From contig CAWEYG010000006.1 of the NCBI GenBank assembly GCA_963813155.1, positions 96,001-160,000 of the forward strand: a stretch of 64,000 nucleotides of DNA. Reading direction: 5' to 3'. A program made the translations under genes and the position numbers. This stretch comes from an uncultured Acidobacteriota bacterium. Lineage in GTDB: Bacteria; Acidobacteriota; Thermoanaerobaculia; UBA5066; DATFVB01. The notes beneath the pieces were generated by a model, which did not search any database, was not told where the DNA came from, and saw only the letters and a program-made list of their open reading frames with translations. This document shows positions 9,856-21,011 of this stretch, one piece after another. Numbering within the stretch: the first letter of the stretch is position 1; every line of letters begins with the position of its first letter.

Positions 9856-10832
9856 CCGTCTCCGACCCAGACGCTGAAAGAGCCGCCCGCGTACGTGCCG
9901 CCGCGACCCTTCTCCCGAAAATAGAAGACGAACGTCCAGAGTCCCGGCCGGTCGAGCTGGTACTGGAAGGAAAATTTCCCGTGGATCGACGGCACGAGGC
10001 AGTGGAACGTGCGCAGTCCGACGGCGGTGTCGCCGGAAGCGGCGGGCAGCAGTGCCCACGTCGGATCCGGGTAGGAATAGGAGTGGCGCGAGTTCACCTG
10101 CTCGCGCGTCAGGCGCGAGGGGAACGGCTGAACCGCGACCGAGACGAAATCGAGCTTCCGCCGGTCGAGGGCCTTGCCCCTCACCCGGATCGACGACCCG
10201 TCCGCGCCGACGCGAACGACCCGCAGCGAGTCGTACCCGCGCGTCGTGAATTCCTCCGCGAGGCGAAAGTCGCCTCCCTCGAGCGCCCATCCGACCCCGA
10301 CGTGCGTGGCCAGCGGGTCGAGGATCGCCCGCCGGTGGCCGTCGTTGGGAGGCTTCTCGTGGAGCATCTCCTTCTCGCCGAGGATCGCGAGGTCCTTCGG
10401 GCTGTCCCAGAGGTGGCCGGAGGAGGTCATGAACGCGGCCGCGTTCTCCGAGTTCGCGGCGAGGTCCCCCGACCGGGAGAGGCGCGCGTAGGGAGGCACG
10501 CCGTCGAGGAGAAAGTGCCCGACGGTGCCGTCCGTGATCTGCTGCCGCGTGTAGGCGCGGGCGAGCGAAGCCGCTTTCTCGTCCCAGAGCACGGGCCCCA
10601 GGCCCGCGCCGGCTCGATCGGCGTTGATCTGATCGAAGATCGCGCGCTCGACGCCGTCCCGCGGAGCGGCCTCGCGCGGAAAGTCGTCCTCGATCCAGCG
10701 GGAGAGCTCCGGCTTCAGGATCGCGAGGGGCGCCGCAGGCTCGAAGCGAAGGAACGCGGGCACCGCGGCGCATCCCGCGAGTCCGAGAATCGCGGCGAGC
10801 AGGCAGAGGAAGCGGGGTTTTGGAATATGCAT
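9831..10832 (-). CDS. CAP (SCP-like) domain protein, possible lipoprotein
   Basis: LAGC lipobox-like signal; INADRAGAGL, ENAA, GHRRAILDP, HVGVG; 3' end overlaps aspC convergently. Confidence 0.75.
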   Translation of the reverse strand: MHIPKPRFLCLLAAILGLAGCAAVPAFLRFEPAAPLAILKPELSRWIEDDFPREAAPRDGVERAIFDQINADRAGAGLGPVLWDEKAASLARAYTRQQITDGTVGHFLLDGVPPYARLSRSGDLAANSENAAAFMTSSGHLWDSPKDLAILGEKEMLHEKPPNDGHRRAILDPLATHVGVGWALEGGDFRLAEEFTTRGYDSLRVVRVGADGSSIRVRGKALDRRKLDFVSVAVQPFPSRLTREQVNSRHSYSYPDPTWALLPAASGDTAVGLRTFHCLVPSIHGKFSFQYQLDRPGLWTFVFYFREKGRGGTYAGGSFSVWVGDGQSEFANS

Positions 10833-10845
10833 TATTTTAGCGGAA

Positions 10846-11838
10846 GTGAAATCCGTTTTCATCACCGGAGCGACGGGATTCGTCGGAAGCCATGCGGCGC
10901 GGAGATTCGCGGCCGACGGCTGGAAGGTCAAGGCGCTCGTGCGCCGGCCCGAGCGGCCCGGCCTGCTGCCTTCCGGCGTGGAAGTCGTCGCGGCCGAGCT
11001 GGCGGATCCGGCGGGGTACGCGCGGTCGCTGGAGGGCTGCGACGCCGTCGTCCACGTCGCGGGCGCGACGAAGGCGCGATCTCTCTCGGAATACAGGGAC
11101 ACGAATGTCCGGGCGACGGCGGCGCTCGCGCGGGCGGCGGCGCGGTCGTGCCCGGGCGCGATGTTCGTCTTCGTCTCGTCTCAATCGGCCGCAGGGCCGT
11201 CGCGGGGCGGAGTCCCGGTCCGCGAAGGCGACGTCGCCCGCCCGGTCTCGTGGTACGGGATCTCGAAGCTCGAAGGTGAGGATGCGGTCGCGCGCGAGCG
11301 GGCAGGCCCGTGGTGCGTGATTCGCCCGTGCACGGTGTACGGCCCGGGAGACCCGGGCCTGCTCCAGCTCTTTTCGATCGTGGCGCGCGGCTGGGCGCCC
11401 GTGCTCGCGGGAGGCCGGGGCAGGATTCAGCTGATCGGCGTGGCGGACCTCGCGCGCGTCATCGCGGCGGCCGCCGTTCGGGCCGACCTGTCGGGCCGGC
11501 GCGGATTTGCGGCCGGCGCCGAGACGACCATGGGAGAGCTCGTCGCCTGCATCGCCTCCCTGCGGCAGCCGCCGGCTCGGCGGGTGCCCGTTCCCGCGTT
11601 CCTGGTCCGTGCCGCCGGATGGGCCGAGTCGATTCGCGAGGTCGTCACGCGCCGGGCGCGTCCCTTCAACCGGGACAAGGCGAAGGAGATCCTGCAGCCG
11701 GGTTGGATCTGTGACTCCGCCCCCTTCCTGGCGGACCTCGGAATCGACGGCCTCGCGGACTGGCGGGCGGGGATGCGCGAAACGGCGCTCTGGTACGAGC
11801 GGGAAGGGTGGCTGGCCTCGTCTTTCGCGCAATTGTAA
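10846..11838 (+). CDS. NAD-dependent epimerase/dehydratase (SDR), candidate ceramide reductase CerR
   Basis: TGATGFVG, YGISK; directly upstream of spt and bCerS-like genes. Confidence 0.75.
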   Translation: MKSVFITGATGFVGSHAARRFAADGWKVKALVRRPERPGLLPSGVEVVAAELADPAGYARSLEGCDAVVHVAGATKARSLSEYRDTNVRATAALARAAARSCPGAMFVFVSSQSAAGPSRGGVPVREGDVARPVSWYGISKLEGEDAVARERAGPWCVIRPCTVYGPGDPGLLQLFSIVARGWAPVLAGGRGRIQLIGVADLARVIAAAAVRADLSGRRGFAAGAETTMGELVACIASLRQPPARRVPVPAFLVRAAGWAESIREVVTRRARPFNRDKAKEILQPGWICDSAPFLADLGIDGLADWRAGMRETALWYEREGWLASSFAQL

Positions 11839-11879
11839 AATTTGCTAAACTCCGGGGCGAATCGCGGAGGGAGGCCTCT

Positions 11880-13100
11880 TTGCGCAAAGTCGCGGTATCG
11901 GTCCAGACTGAAAAAAGGCGGGTCCCCTTCTTCGAGAAGTGCCGGACCTACGACGTGCCGGACAAGATCATTGCGGCCGGCGTGTGGCCCTATTTTCGGG
12001 TGATCGAATCGGCCCAGGATCCGATCGTCATGATCGACGGCAAGCCCTTGATCATGCTGGGCTCGAACAACTATCTCGGACTCACGAATCACCCGAAGGT
12101 CAAGGAAGCCGCGACCGCGGCGATCGCCCGGTACGGATCCGGCTGCGCGGGCAGCCGTTTCCTGAACGGAACGCTCGGCATCCACGTCGAGCTCGAGGAA
12201 AAGCTCGCCCGTTTCATGGGCAAGGAAGCCGCCGTCACGTTCTCGACCGGGTTTCAGGTCAACCTCGGCGCGATTTCCTGCCTCGTCGAGCGCGGAGACG
12301 TCGTCTACCTCGACAAGCAGGACCACGCCTGCATCATCGACGGGGCGAGGCTCTCCTTCGGAGTCACGAAAAAATTCGCGCACAACGACGCCGCCGATTT
12401 GCGGCGGCTGATGGACGACGGCTGCCGCAAGGGGCGCCTGATCGTCGTGGACGGCGTGTTCTCGATGGAGGGCGACATCGCCCCGCTTCCGGACCTCATC
12501 GAGGTCGCCCGGGAATTCGGGGCGGGCCTGATGGTGGACGACGCCCACGGGCTGGGAGTTCTCGGAAGGAACGGCCGGGGAACGGCGGAGCATTTCGGCC
12601 GGGAAGACGACGTCGACCTGATCATGGGGACGTTCTCGAAGTCGCTCGCGTCGATCGGCGGTTTCATCTGCGGCGACGCGGACACGATTCATTTCATCAA
12701 GCACCAGGCCCGGACGATGATCTTCTCGGCGGCGCCCCCGCCCGCCTCGGTCGCGGCGGCCTCGGCGGCCGTCGACATCATCGAGAAGGAGCCCGACCGC
12801 CGGGAGCGCCTGTGGCGCAACACCCGCTTCATGATGGCCGGCCTGAGAAACCTCGGTTTCGACACGGGAGACTCGGAGACGCCGGTCATCCCGATCGTCG
12901 TCGGCGACGATTACCACGCGTTCGGAATGTCCAAACGCCTCCACGAAGAGGGCATCTTCGTGAACCCGGTCGTTTCGCCCGCGACGCCGAAGGGGCGCGC
13001 GCTGCTTCGAACGTCCTACATGGCGACCCACACCGAAGAGCACCTCTCCCGGGCCCTCGAGGCCCTGGAGAAAGTGGGCAAAGAATTCGGCGTGATTTGA
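11880..13100 (+). CDS. spt: Serine palmitoyltransferase-like alpha-oxoamine synthase
   Basis: GSNNYLGL, GSGCAGSRFLNGT, DDAH, PLP lysine in GTFSKS (SPT-type); GGAGG Shine-Dalgarno (SD) before TTG. Confidence 0.8.
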   Translation: MRKVAVSVQTEKRRVPFFEKCRTYDVPDKIIAAGVWPYFRVIESAQDPIVMIDGKPLIMLGSNNYLGLTNHPKVKEAATAAIARYGSGCAGSRFLNGTLGIHVELEEKLARFMGKEAAVTFSTGFQVNLGAISCLVERGDVVYLDKQDHACIIDGARLSFGVTKKFAHNDAADLRRLMDDGCRKGRLIVVDGVFSMEGDIAPLPDLIEVAREFGAGLMVDDAHGLGVLGRNGRGTAEHFGREDDVDLIMGTFSKSLASIGGFICGDADTIHFIKHQARTMIFSAAPPPASVAAASAAVDIIEKEPDRRERLWRNTRFMMAGLRNLGFDTGDSETPVIPIVVGDDYHAFGMSKRLHEEGIFVNPVVSPATPKGRALLRTSYMATHTEEHLSRALEALEKVGKEFGVI

Positions 13101-14218
13101 GCCTCGTCGAGCTCTCGCTCTCCCGGGCGGACGTCGCCCGCTTCCTCGAAGTCCCGTACGGAATCTACGGCGACGACCCCAACTGGGTGGCGCCGCTCCT
13201 CGACGACCTGAAAAAAGTCTTCACGAACGCGAACCCGCTCTTCGAGCACGCGGAGATGAAGCTGTGGGTTTCGGTGCGCGACGGCCGCGACGTCGGCCGG
13301 ATCGCGGGAATCCTCGACCGCGCCCACAACGAGTTCCACCGCGAGAAGAGCGCGTTCTTCGGCTTCTTCGAGTCGATCGACGACCGCGGAGATCTCCCGC
13401 GAGCTCTTCGCCCGCGTCGGGGCCTGGGCGAAAGAGAAGGGGATGGATCGGATCCTCGGGCCGATGAACCCGACCACGAACGACGAATGCGGGCTCCTGA
13501 TCGAAGGCTTCGATTCTCCGCCGGTCCTCATGATGACGTACAACCCGCAGTACTACTTGCCGCTCTACGACGACGCGGGGCTCGTCAAGGCGAAGGACCT
13601 TCTCGCGTACAAGATCGCGATCGACCCGAAGCCGCTCGAGCGGCTCGACCGGCTCGCCCGGGGTTTCTCCCGCCGCGAAAAGGACCTGACGATTCGCCCG
13701 ATCCGGAAAAAGACGCTCGCGGCCGACCTTGCAAAAGTCAAAGAGGTCTACAACGCCGCGTGGGAAGACAACTGGGGCTTCGTTCCCATGACCGACGGCG
13801 ACATCGATTTCATGGCGGCGCGCCTGAAGCCCCTGCTCGCCGAGGACATCATGCTGCTCGCCGAGACCCCGGCCGAGCCGGTCGCCTTCATGATGAGCCT
13901 TCCGGATTTCAACGAGGCGATGAAGCCGCTCAAGGGACGGCTCCTGACGCCGAAGATCTTCGGTTTTCTCGCGTATCTTCTCGGCTGGAAGACGCCGAAG
14001 ATGACGCGGCTCATCACGCTCGGGATCAAGAAGGGATACCGCAGCCGCGGCATCGACGCCGTGATGTTCGCCGAATCGTTGAAGGCGATGCTGAAGGCCG
14101 GCTACGAGTCGTGCGAGATCTCCTGGATCCTCGAAGACAACGTCATGGTGCAGCGCCCGATCGACCTTTTCGACGGCAGGGTCTACAAGCGCTACCGGAT
14201 CTACGAAAAAGGGTCTGA
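13097..14218 (+). CDS. GNAT-fold N-acyltransferase, candidate bacterial ceramide synthase bCerS; frameshift near 13390 and probably at the 3' end
   Basis: DPNWVAPL, GRIAG, FFGFFE, GPMNPTTNDECGLL, YNPQYY, YNAAWEDNWGFVPMT, EISWILEDN, YKRYRIY. Confidence 0.8.
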   Translation: MSLVELSLSRADVARFLEVPYGIYGDDPNWVAPLLDDLKKVFTNANPLFEHAEMKLWVSVRDGRDVGRIAGILDRAHNEFHREKSAFFGFFESIDDRGDLPRALRPRRGLGEREGDGSDPRADEPDHERRMRAPDRRLRFSAGPHDDVQPAVLLAALRRRGARQGEGPSRVQDRDRPEAARAARPARPGFLPPRKGPDDSPDPEKDARGRPCKSQRGLQRRVGRQLGLRSHDRRRHRFHGGAPEAPARRGHHAARRDPGRAGRLHDEPSGFQRGDEAAQGTAPDAEDLRFSRVSSRLEDAEDDAAHHARDQEGIPQPRHRRRDVRRIVEGDAEGRLRVVRDLLDPRRQRHGAAPDRPFRRQGLQALPDLRKRV

Positions 14219-14227
14219 AGCCGAGCG

Positions 14228-14728
14228 ATGGACCCGTACCCGCTCGCCACCCTCATCGCCAACATCGCTCTGGCGCTGTCACTGGTCGTGGGCTGGTGTT
14301 CGGTATCGCTCAGGTGCGGGCGGCCGCCCGCGACCGACGGGAACGCCTCACGATCGACACCCTGCGGACGTTTCAAACTCGCGAGTTCGCCGAGCTCATG
14401 ATGATGATCGCGTTTCGCGACATGCCCTCGACCCGCGAAGAAATGCGCGCGCTCTCCGTTGGCGATCAGGTGATGTTCGCCGAATTCGCGCAGAAAATGG
14501 AGTCGCTCGGGATCCTTGTCGCCGAACAGGTGATCGATCTCGACCTCGTGGAAAAAAACTCTCGGCTCGTTCGTCACGACGTCGTGGGAAAAATACCGGC
14601 CCGCGTTCCTGGACATGCGCGAGAAGAACCCCGACCCGTTTCTGGGCGAGTACTTCCAGTGGCTGGCGGAGAGAATCCAGCAGCTCATGGACCAAAACCC
14701 CCGCAAACCGTTCTACGAGAAGCGGTGA
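14228..14728 (+). CDS. DUF4760-like protein with N-terminal TM; two frameshifts
   Basis: Joined frames: MDPYPLATLIANIALALS...FGIAQVR...ESLGILVAEQVIDLDLVEK...TSWEKYRP...EYFQWLAERI. Confidence 0.55.
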
Positions 14729-14795
14729 CGGCGCGGTGAACATCCTTCCGATGTCCGACTCGAACGACGAGTACGCACGCAGTTCCTGCCTGGTG

Positions 14796-15698
14796 CTAGT
14801 CTCGCGCAGCGTTCGCGATTCCGGAAGGCACGGAGGCGCCGCTCTTCATCCACGCGTACAGCCGCTCGCCGAGCGGAACGCAGACGAACGCGAGAACGAG
14901 CCCCGCGGCCACGTCGACGACGTAGTGAAAACGGCAGTAGATGGTCGAGACCACGAGCAGCACCGCGATCGGGAGCCACGCCCGGAACAGCCGGTTCGCT
15001 TCGCGCCGGGCGATGAGCAGGCAGAAGACCGTCACCATCGTGTGACCCGACGGAAACGCGTCGTCCTTCGTGTGTTCCAGCTCGTTCAGCTTCGCGGAGA
15101 TCGCTCGCGAGACGGGCGTGACCTCGAGCTTCACCGATTGCTCCGCCGCGAGCGACACGCGGGGCCCTTTGGCGGGCACCAGGAAGTAGCCCAGGTAGGA
15201 GACGTAGAACGTGAATGAGAGGCAGAAAATGAACTTCCGAGCGAGAGCGGGGTTCTTCTTCCAGAGCGCCGCGCCGACGAAGATCGGAAAGAAATAGTAC
15301 GTCGCGTAGGCGATCAGCAGGAGGTCGGTCAGGGGCGGCCAGACGAACCGCTCGAGCCAGACGGTGGGGTCGAGATGGAAGACCGCTCGGTCGGCCGCGA
15401 CGAGCCATGCGTCTTTTTCGCCGCCGCGGACCGCCGGGATCAGCACGCCGAGGCTCTCGTAGATCATCGGAATCACGGCCATCGGGTAGAAATTCACGGC
15501 GAGGCGGAGGGCTCCGGGAAGCCGGTCTTCGCGGCGGGCGAGGAAGGAAACGATCAGCAGGAAAACGAGCATCCAGCCGTAGCGCCCGAGAACCCCGGGC
15601 CAGGCGGGGAGCCGTCCCGCGAACGCGCACAGCGCCGCCACGCCCGCGAGCATCGCGACGACGGCGAGGTTCAGCACTTCGAGCGGGCGTCGAGACAT
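14796..15698 (-). CDS. PAP2-superfamily membrane phosphatase/phosphotransferase, Aur1/IPC-synthase-like
   Basis: PAKGPR, DAFPSGH, STIYCRFHYVVDVAAG; multiple TM helices. Confidence 0.8.
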   Translation of the reverse strand: MSRRPLEVLNLAVVAMLAGVAALCAFAGRLPAWPGVLGRYGWMLVFLLIVSFLARREDRLPGALRLAVNFYPMAVIPMIYESLGVLIPAVRGGEKDAWLVAADRAVFHLDPTVWLERFVWPPLTDLLLIAYATYYFFPIFVGAALWKKNPALARKFIFCLSFTFYVSYLGYFLVPAKGPRVSLAAEQSVKLEVTPVSRAISAKLNELEHTKDDAFPSGHTMVTVFCLLIARREANRLFRAWLPIAVLLVVSTIYCRFHYVVDVAAGLVLAFVCVPLGERLYAWMKSGASVPSGIANAARD

Positions 15699-15731
15699 CG
15701 GGCAATTTTATCATTCGGATAGAATCCGGAC

Positions 15732-17075
15732 GTGCTCGTTCTGCAGCGGCTCGCCCGGTTCGGGGTCTTTCTGGCCGCGCTGACGCCCTTTTCGGCCGTT
15801 CGCGCCGCCGCGCCGCCGGTCGCCCCTCCGCCGGAACGGCCGCTCGTCGTCGTGTGCCGGCTCGACAGCGAAGTCCATCCGGCCGCGGCCGATTTCCTGA
15901 AGAGGTCGATCCGCCGCGCGGAGGAGGAAAAGGCCGCGCTCCTCGTGATCGAGCTTTCGACTCCCGGCGGCCTGATGACCTCGATGCGGGAAATCACGAC
16001 CGCGATCGTCAACTCGAAGGTCCCCGTGGCCACGTTCGTCTATCCCTCCGGAGCCCGGGCCGCCTCGGCCGGATTCTTCATCCTTCTGGCGGGAGACGTC
16101 GCCGCGATGGCACCCGGAACGAACACGGGCGCCGCCCACCCCGTGGGCGGGCAGGGCGAGGACATTCCGAAGACGCTCGGGAAGAAGGTCGAGCAGGATG
16201 CCCTGGCCCAGATCCGGACGCTGTGCGCGGCCCACGGCCGGGATGCCGCCGCCGCGGCGAAGGCGGTGACCGACAGCATCTCCTACACCGAGGGCGAGGC
16301 GAAGGAGAAGAAGCTGATCGAGTTCGTCGCGCGGGATCCCGCTGAGCTGTGCGAGAAGATCGACGGGACTTCGGCCGCGCGAACGGCCGGAGGCCGGGTC
16401 GTGCTTCACGTGAAGAACCCGCGCTGGGATTTCCTCGAGATGGGGCCGGTCGAGCGCGCCCTCGGAATCGTGTCGGAGCCGAACCTGGCCTACATCTTCT
16501 TTCTCATCGGCCTCGTCGGGATCTACTTCGAGCTCTCGCACCCGGGCGCGGTGCTGCCCGGCGTCGCGGGGGGCATTTCGCTGCTCCTGGCGCTCTACGC
16601 CTTCTCCGTCCTTCCCGTCAACGTCGCGGCCGTCGGTCTGATCGCGCTCGGCATCGTTTTCATTGTGGCGGAAGTGAAGTTCCCCGTTCACGGAATGCTC
16701 GCGCTCTCCGGCGCGGCCTGCTTCGTCGCGGGATCCGTCCTGCTGTTCTCGGGCAATCCGATCGGATACCGGGTGCAGCTTTCCCTCCTGCTGCCCGGAG
16801 CGGTCGTGGCCGCAGGAAGCCTCGCCGCGCTCTCGATGCGCGCCGCGGCGGTGCGGCGGCGGCCGGTCCGGACGGGAGCCGAAGGCCTGATCGGAGAGAC
16901 GGGCCGGGCGCTGACCGAGCTCGCTCCGAGCGGACGCGTCCTCGCGCACGGAGAGTACTGGGACGCGTCGGCGGACTCGCCGATCGCTCCCGGCTCCGCC
17001 GTGCGAGTCGTCGGAAAGAAGGGTTTCATTCTCCAGGTCGAGGCTCTCGGTCCCCAGAAAGGAGATCTTCCATGA
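15732..17075 (+). CDS. nfeD: NfeD family membrane-bound ClpP-class protease
   Basis: [24 protein letters not shown]-terminal OB fold GEYWDA. Confidence 0.9.
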   Translation: MLVLQRLARFGVFLAALTPFSAVRAAAPPVAPPPERPLVVVCRLDSEVHPAAADFLKRSIRRAEEEKAALLVIELSTPGGLMTSMREITTAIVNSKVPVATFVYPSGARAASAGFFILLAGDVAAMAPGTNTGAAHPVGGQGEDIPKTLGKKVEQDALAQIRTLCAAHGRDAAAAAKAVTDSISYTEGEAKEKKLIEFVARDPAELCEKIDGTSAARTAGGRVVLHVKNPRWDFLEMGPVERALGIVSEPNLAYIFFLIGLVGIYFELSHPGAVLPGVAGGISLLLALYAFSVLPVNVAAVGLIALGIVFIVAEVKFPVHGMLALSGAACFVAGSVLLFSGNPIGYRVQLSLLLPGAVVAAGSLAALSMRAAAVRRRPVRTGAEGLIGETGRALTELAPSGRVLAHGEYWDASADSPIAPGSAVRVVGKKGFILQVEALGPQKGDLP

Positions 17076-17821
17076 TCGCTCCAGGACTGCTCGTCGCGGG
17101 CGTCATCGCCCTCATCATCCTCATGAAATGGGTCAACATCCTGAAGGAGTACGAAAGGGCCGTGACGTTCTGGCTCGGGCGGCTTGCGCCGCAGCCGAAG
17201 GGCCCGGGATTCACGTTCATCTTTTGGCCTTTCGAGACGATGGTCCGGGTCTCGCTGCGAACGATCGTTCACGAGGTTCCGCAGCAGGACATCATCACCC
17301 GGGACAACGTTTCGGTGAAGGTCTCTGCCGTCGTCTACTTCCGCGTGATCGACGCGCCGCGCGCGGTCGTCGAAGTGGAGAACTACCTGTACGCGACGTC
17401 GCAGCTCGCGCAGACGGTCCTTCGGTCGGTGCTCGGGCAGGCGCAGCTCGACGAGCTGCTCGCCGAGCGCGACAAGCTGAATCTCGCTCTCCAGCAGACG
17501 ATCGACCAGCACACGGAGCCGTGGGGGATCAAGGTGTCGATGGTGGAGGTCAAGCAGGTCGACCTGCCGCCCGAGATGCAGCGCGCCATGGCGATCCAGG
17601 CGACTGCGGAGCGGGAGAAGCGCGCGAAGATCATCCATGCCGAGGGAGAGTTCCAGGCCTCGCAGCAGCTGGCCAACGCCGCGAAGGTGATCGCGACGGA
17701 GCCGATGACGCTGCAACTGCGGTACCTGCAAACGCTGACCGAGATTGCCTCGGAGAAGAACTCCACGATCGTCTTTCCGCTGCCGATCGAATTCTTCAAG
17801 GCGTTCCTCGGAAAGGGATGA
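17072..17821 (+). CDS. SPFH/stomatin (slipin) family protein
   Basis: [46 protein letters not shown]. Confidence 0.92.
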   Translation: MIAPGLLVAGVIALIILMKWVNILKEYERAVTFWLGRLAPQPKGPGFTFIFWPFETMVRVSLRTIVHEVPQQDIITRDNVSVKVSAVVYFRVIDAPRAVVEVENYLYATSQLAQTVLRSVLGQAQLDELLAERDKLNLALQQTIDQHTEPWGIKVSMVEVKQVDLPPEMQRAMAIQATAEREKRAKIIHAEGEFQASQQLANAAKVIATEPMTLQLRYLQTLTEIASEKNSTIVFPLPIEFFKAFLGKG

Positions 17822-17848
17822 TCGCGGAAATTTGCTAAGATCGCCGGA

Positions 17849-18619
17849 ATGACCGATCCGGCCAGGAAGTCCTACTACCAGGTCTCATTCACCGGTGTCC
17901 AGGCGCTGGCCGGGCTCGTCGGCCTCCTGGCGGCTCTGGCTCTGGCCTTCTTTCTCGGGGCGAAGGCGGGATTCGAAAAGTCGACTCTCGCCTCCCAGCC
18001 GTCGGTCGTGCCGCCGGGCGAGAGCGAATCCACGGCATCGGCGCCGCCCGCGCCGACCTCGACGACGATTGCGACTCCTCCCGGAGCGAAATCCTCTCCG
18101 GCGCCCGTTCCGGCGGGAGCCGCCGCGACAGGTAGCCCGGCGACGCCCGTTCCCCCGCAGGAAGCTCCCGTGTTCGAAGACCGCGAGGCGGGTGTCGCGG
18201 CGGAACAGGCGCCGTCGAGGACGGAAATCGCGGGAGAACCGGCCCGGCCGGCGAGCGGGCCGTCCAGTCCGAAGTCTTCGACGAAACCGGCGGCAACTCC
18301 CCCGGCGAAGCCCGCCGCGAAGGCCCCATCACCGAAGGCGGCGGCCGAGCCCGAAGAAACCTCTCCCGCCTCCCCGAAAGCCGCGGCCGGCTTCTACGTG
18401 CAGGTGATTTCGACGACGTCGAAACCGGAGGCGACGAGATGGAAAGACAAGCTCTCGTCGAAGAAATACAAGCCCGCGTTGTCGGCCGTGGATTCGAGCA
18501 AGGGGAAGATGTACAGGATCCGTCTCGGGCCGTACGCCGACAAGGAGCAGGCGAGGAAGCTGGCGGCGAAGATCTCCTCCGAGTTCCACAGGACCGCCTG
18601 GGTGGCTCCCGCGCAATGA
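17849..18619 (+). CDS. SPOR domain cell-division protein (FtsN/DedD-like)
   Basis: N-terminal TM, Pro/Ala-rich linker, FYVQV...YRIRLGPY SPOR domain. Confidence 0.85.
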   Translation: MTDPARKSYYQVSFTGVQALAGLVGLLAALALAFFLGAKAGFEKSTLASQPSVVPPGESESTASAPPAPTSTTIATPPGAKSSPAPVPAGAAATGSPATPVPPQEAPVFEDREAGVAAEQAPSRTEIAGEPARPASGPSSPKSSTKPAATPPAKPAAKAPSPKAAAEPEETSPASPKAAAGFYVQVISTTSKPEATRWKDKLSSKKYKPALSAVDSSKGKMYRIRLGPYADKEQARKLAAKISSEFHRTAWVAPAQ

Positions 18620-19493
18620 GCCTCCCGGTCCACGCCGGCCGCGCCCCCGCGTGGATCCGCGAAAAAGCGCTCGACCTGTCTCAGTTGCACGACATCAAGA
18701 AGACGATGCGCCGGCGCGGCCTTCACACGGTGTGCGAAGAGGCGCGATGCCCGAACCGGAGCGAGTGCTTTTCCCGCGGGACGGCGACGTTCCTCCTGCT
18801 CGGCGACGTCTGCACGCGCGCGTGCGGCTTCTGCGACATCCGGACGGGAACGTCCGACGTTCGACGACCCGAACGAGCCGGCGAAGGTCGCGGACGCGGT
18901 CCGGGAGATGGGGCTCAAGTTCGTCGTTCTGACCTCGGTCGACCGCGACGACCTTCCCGACGGCGGCTCGCGGCACTTCGCGGCGACGATCCGGGCGATC
19001 CGCGCGCTCGACGCGTCGATCGGCGTCGAGGTGCTGACGCCCGATTTTCGAGGGCGCCGGGAGTCCGTCGACGGAGGTCGTCGCCGCGAAACCGGACGTC
19101 TTCAACCACAACGTCGAGACCGTTCCGCGGCTGTACCTTCAAGTCCGGCGCGGCGCGCGCATCGACCGCTCGCTCGGCGTTCTCTCCGCGGCGAAGGAGG
19201 TCGATCCGGGGATGACGACGAAATCGGGTTTCATGGTCGGTCTCGGCGAGACGTTTCCCGAGTGCGTTGAGCTGATGAGGAGCCTGCGGGATGCGCGCGT
19301 CGACATCGTGACGATCGGCCAGTACCTGCGGCCCTCGCGGGAGAACCTTCCGGTCGTCGAGTACGTCGAGCCGGCCGTTTTCGACGAGCTCCGCGCCGCG
19401 GGGGAGGCGATGGGATTCCGGCACGTCTTCGCGGGGCCGTTCGTCCGGTCCTCGTACCGGGCGGAGGAAGCGTTGATGGAGTCGATCCGATAG
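18616..19493 (+). CDS. lipA: Lipoyl synthase; frameshifts near 18855 and 19070
   Basis: [43 protein letters not shown]. Confidence 0.92.
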
Positions 19494-21011
19494 CTTTCTT
19501 CGCCGCCGCCCTCTCCGGGCTTCTCCTCGCGCTCGCGTTTCCTCCGGCGGGCATCGCGTGGCTCGCCCCGGTCGCGCTGATCCCCTGGATCCTCGCTCTC
19601 TTTCGGGAGGAAAAGAAGGGACGCGGGATCCTGTCGGGCGTTCTCTTCGGTCTCGTCTTCTGGTGCGTTTCCATCCCCTGGATCTCGTTCGTCGTGACCC
19701 GTTTCGGCGGACAGCCGCGCTGGATGGGAGCGGTCTGCGTGTTCCTTCTCGCCCTCATCCTTTCGCAGTGGCCGGCGCTCGTCGCGTGTGTCGTCGTGGT
19801 CGCGGCGGCGCCGCGCTCTCCGTGGCGGTTTGCCGCCTTTCCCGTCGCGTGGATGGCCGCCGAGCACGCGCGCTCGTACGTCTACAAGGGGTTCCCCTGG
19901 AATCTGACCGCGAACGCCCTCGCTCTCCACCCGGTGTGGATCCAGACGGCTTCGGTCTGGGGCGCGTTCGGCGTCGGCGCTCTCGTCGCGGCGTTCGGCG
20001 CGGCGTGCGCCGCGGTCCTCGCCGCCGGGTCCCGGAAGACGAAAGTCTCGATCGCGGCCGCGCTCCTGGCGTCCGCGGGCGGGCTCTGGCTGTTCGGATG
20101 CGCTCGGTTGCGAAACGCCGGAGACCGGAGCGCCGGTTCGCGTCGCCTGTATTCAGCCGAACATCCCGCAGGTCGTTCGCGAAGACGCCGATCTCGTCGC
20201 CGCGAACTACGTCAGGGTCATCGATCTCGCCGGAAGAGCCGCGGCGGCCCGGCCCGCCCTCATTCTGATCCCGGAGTCTTCGTTCTACGGAATCGAGTGG
20301 AGTCTGAGCCCGACCCTGCGCCGGGATCTCGCGGCGGTCTCCGCGAGGGGCGGCTCCGCGATTCTCTTCAACGACATCGACGAGATGCCCGACGGGCGCT
20401 ATTTCAACGCGGCGCGCCTCCTGACGCCGGCGGGAATGGCGCCCGCGACCTACCACAAGCTCCACCTCGTCCCGTTCGGCGAGTACGTGCCCCTGCCGAA
20501 GCTCTTTTTTTTCATGCGGGAGATCTCGAAAATCGTCGGGGCGTTCACGGCCGCGAAACGGCCGGTGCTTCTCGAGGCCGGCGGGGTCTCGATCGGCCCC
20601 GCCGTCTGCTACGAGATGACGTACCCCTCCCTCGCCCGCGACGAAGCGAGAATGGGCGCGAACCTTCTCGCGAGCGTGTCCAACGACGCCTGGTACGGCC
20701 GGGCGGGGGCCCAGGCCCAGCACCTGCTCGCGATGCCGCTGCGCGCCGTCGAAGTCGGAAGGCCGTTCGCCCGCGCCGCGATCACGGGAATCTCGGCGGC
20801 CGTCGACTCGCGCGGACGAATGCTCGCGAGTCTCGGGGAGAACCGGGAGGGAATCGTCGAGGCGACGTTGCGCCTCGAAACGGGAAGCACCGTCTGGTCG
20901 CGCTGGGGTGGCGTCGTCTTTCCGGCGGCCGCGGACGTCGCGGCGCTCTGCATGGTAATCTGCGGCTTCGTGCGCGGAAGACGACGAAACTCGAAACCGA
21001 AAGACCGATGA
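19481..21011 (+). CDS. lnt: Apolipoprotein N-acyltransferase; start uncertain, frameshift near 20130
   Basis: GFPW, IQPNI, PES, YHKLHLVPFGEYVP, VCYE, SNDAWYG, RAVE, RAAITGIS. Confidence 0.88.

Noticed and set aside
11880-13100. Annotation as BioF or Kbl
   Set aside because: GTFSKS and GSRFLNGT motifs plus the flanking GNAT and SDR genes favour SPT, and no bio or tdh genes are adjacent. Not excluded without a phylogeny.
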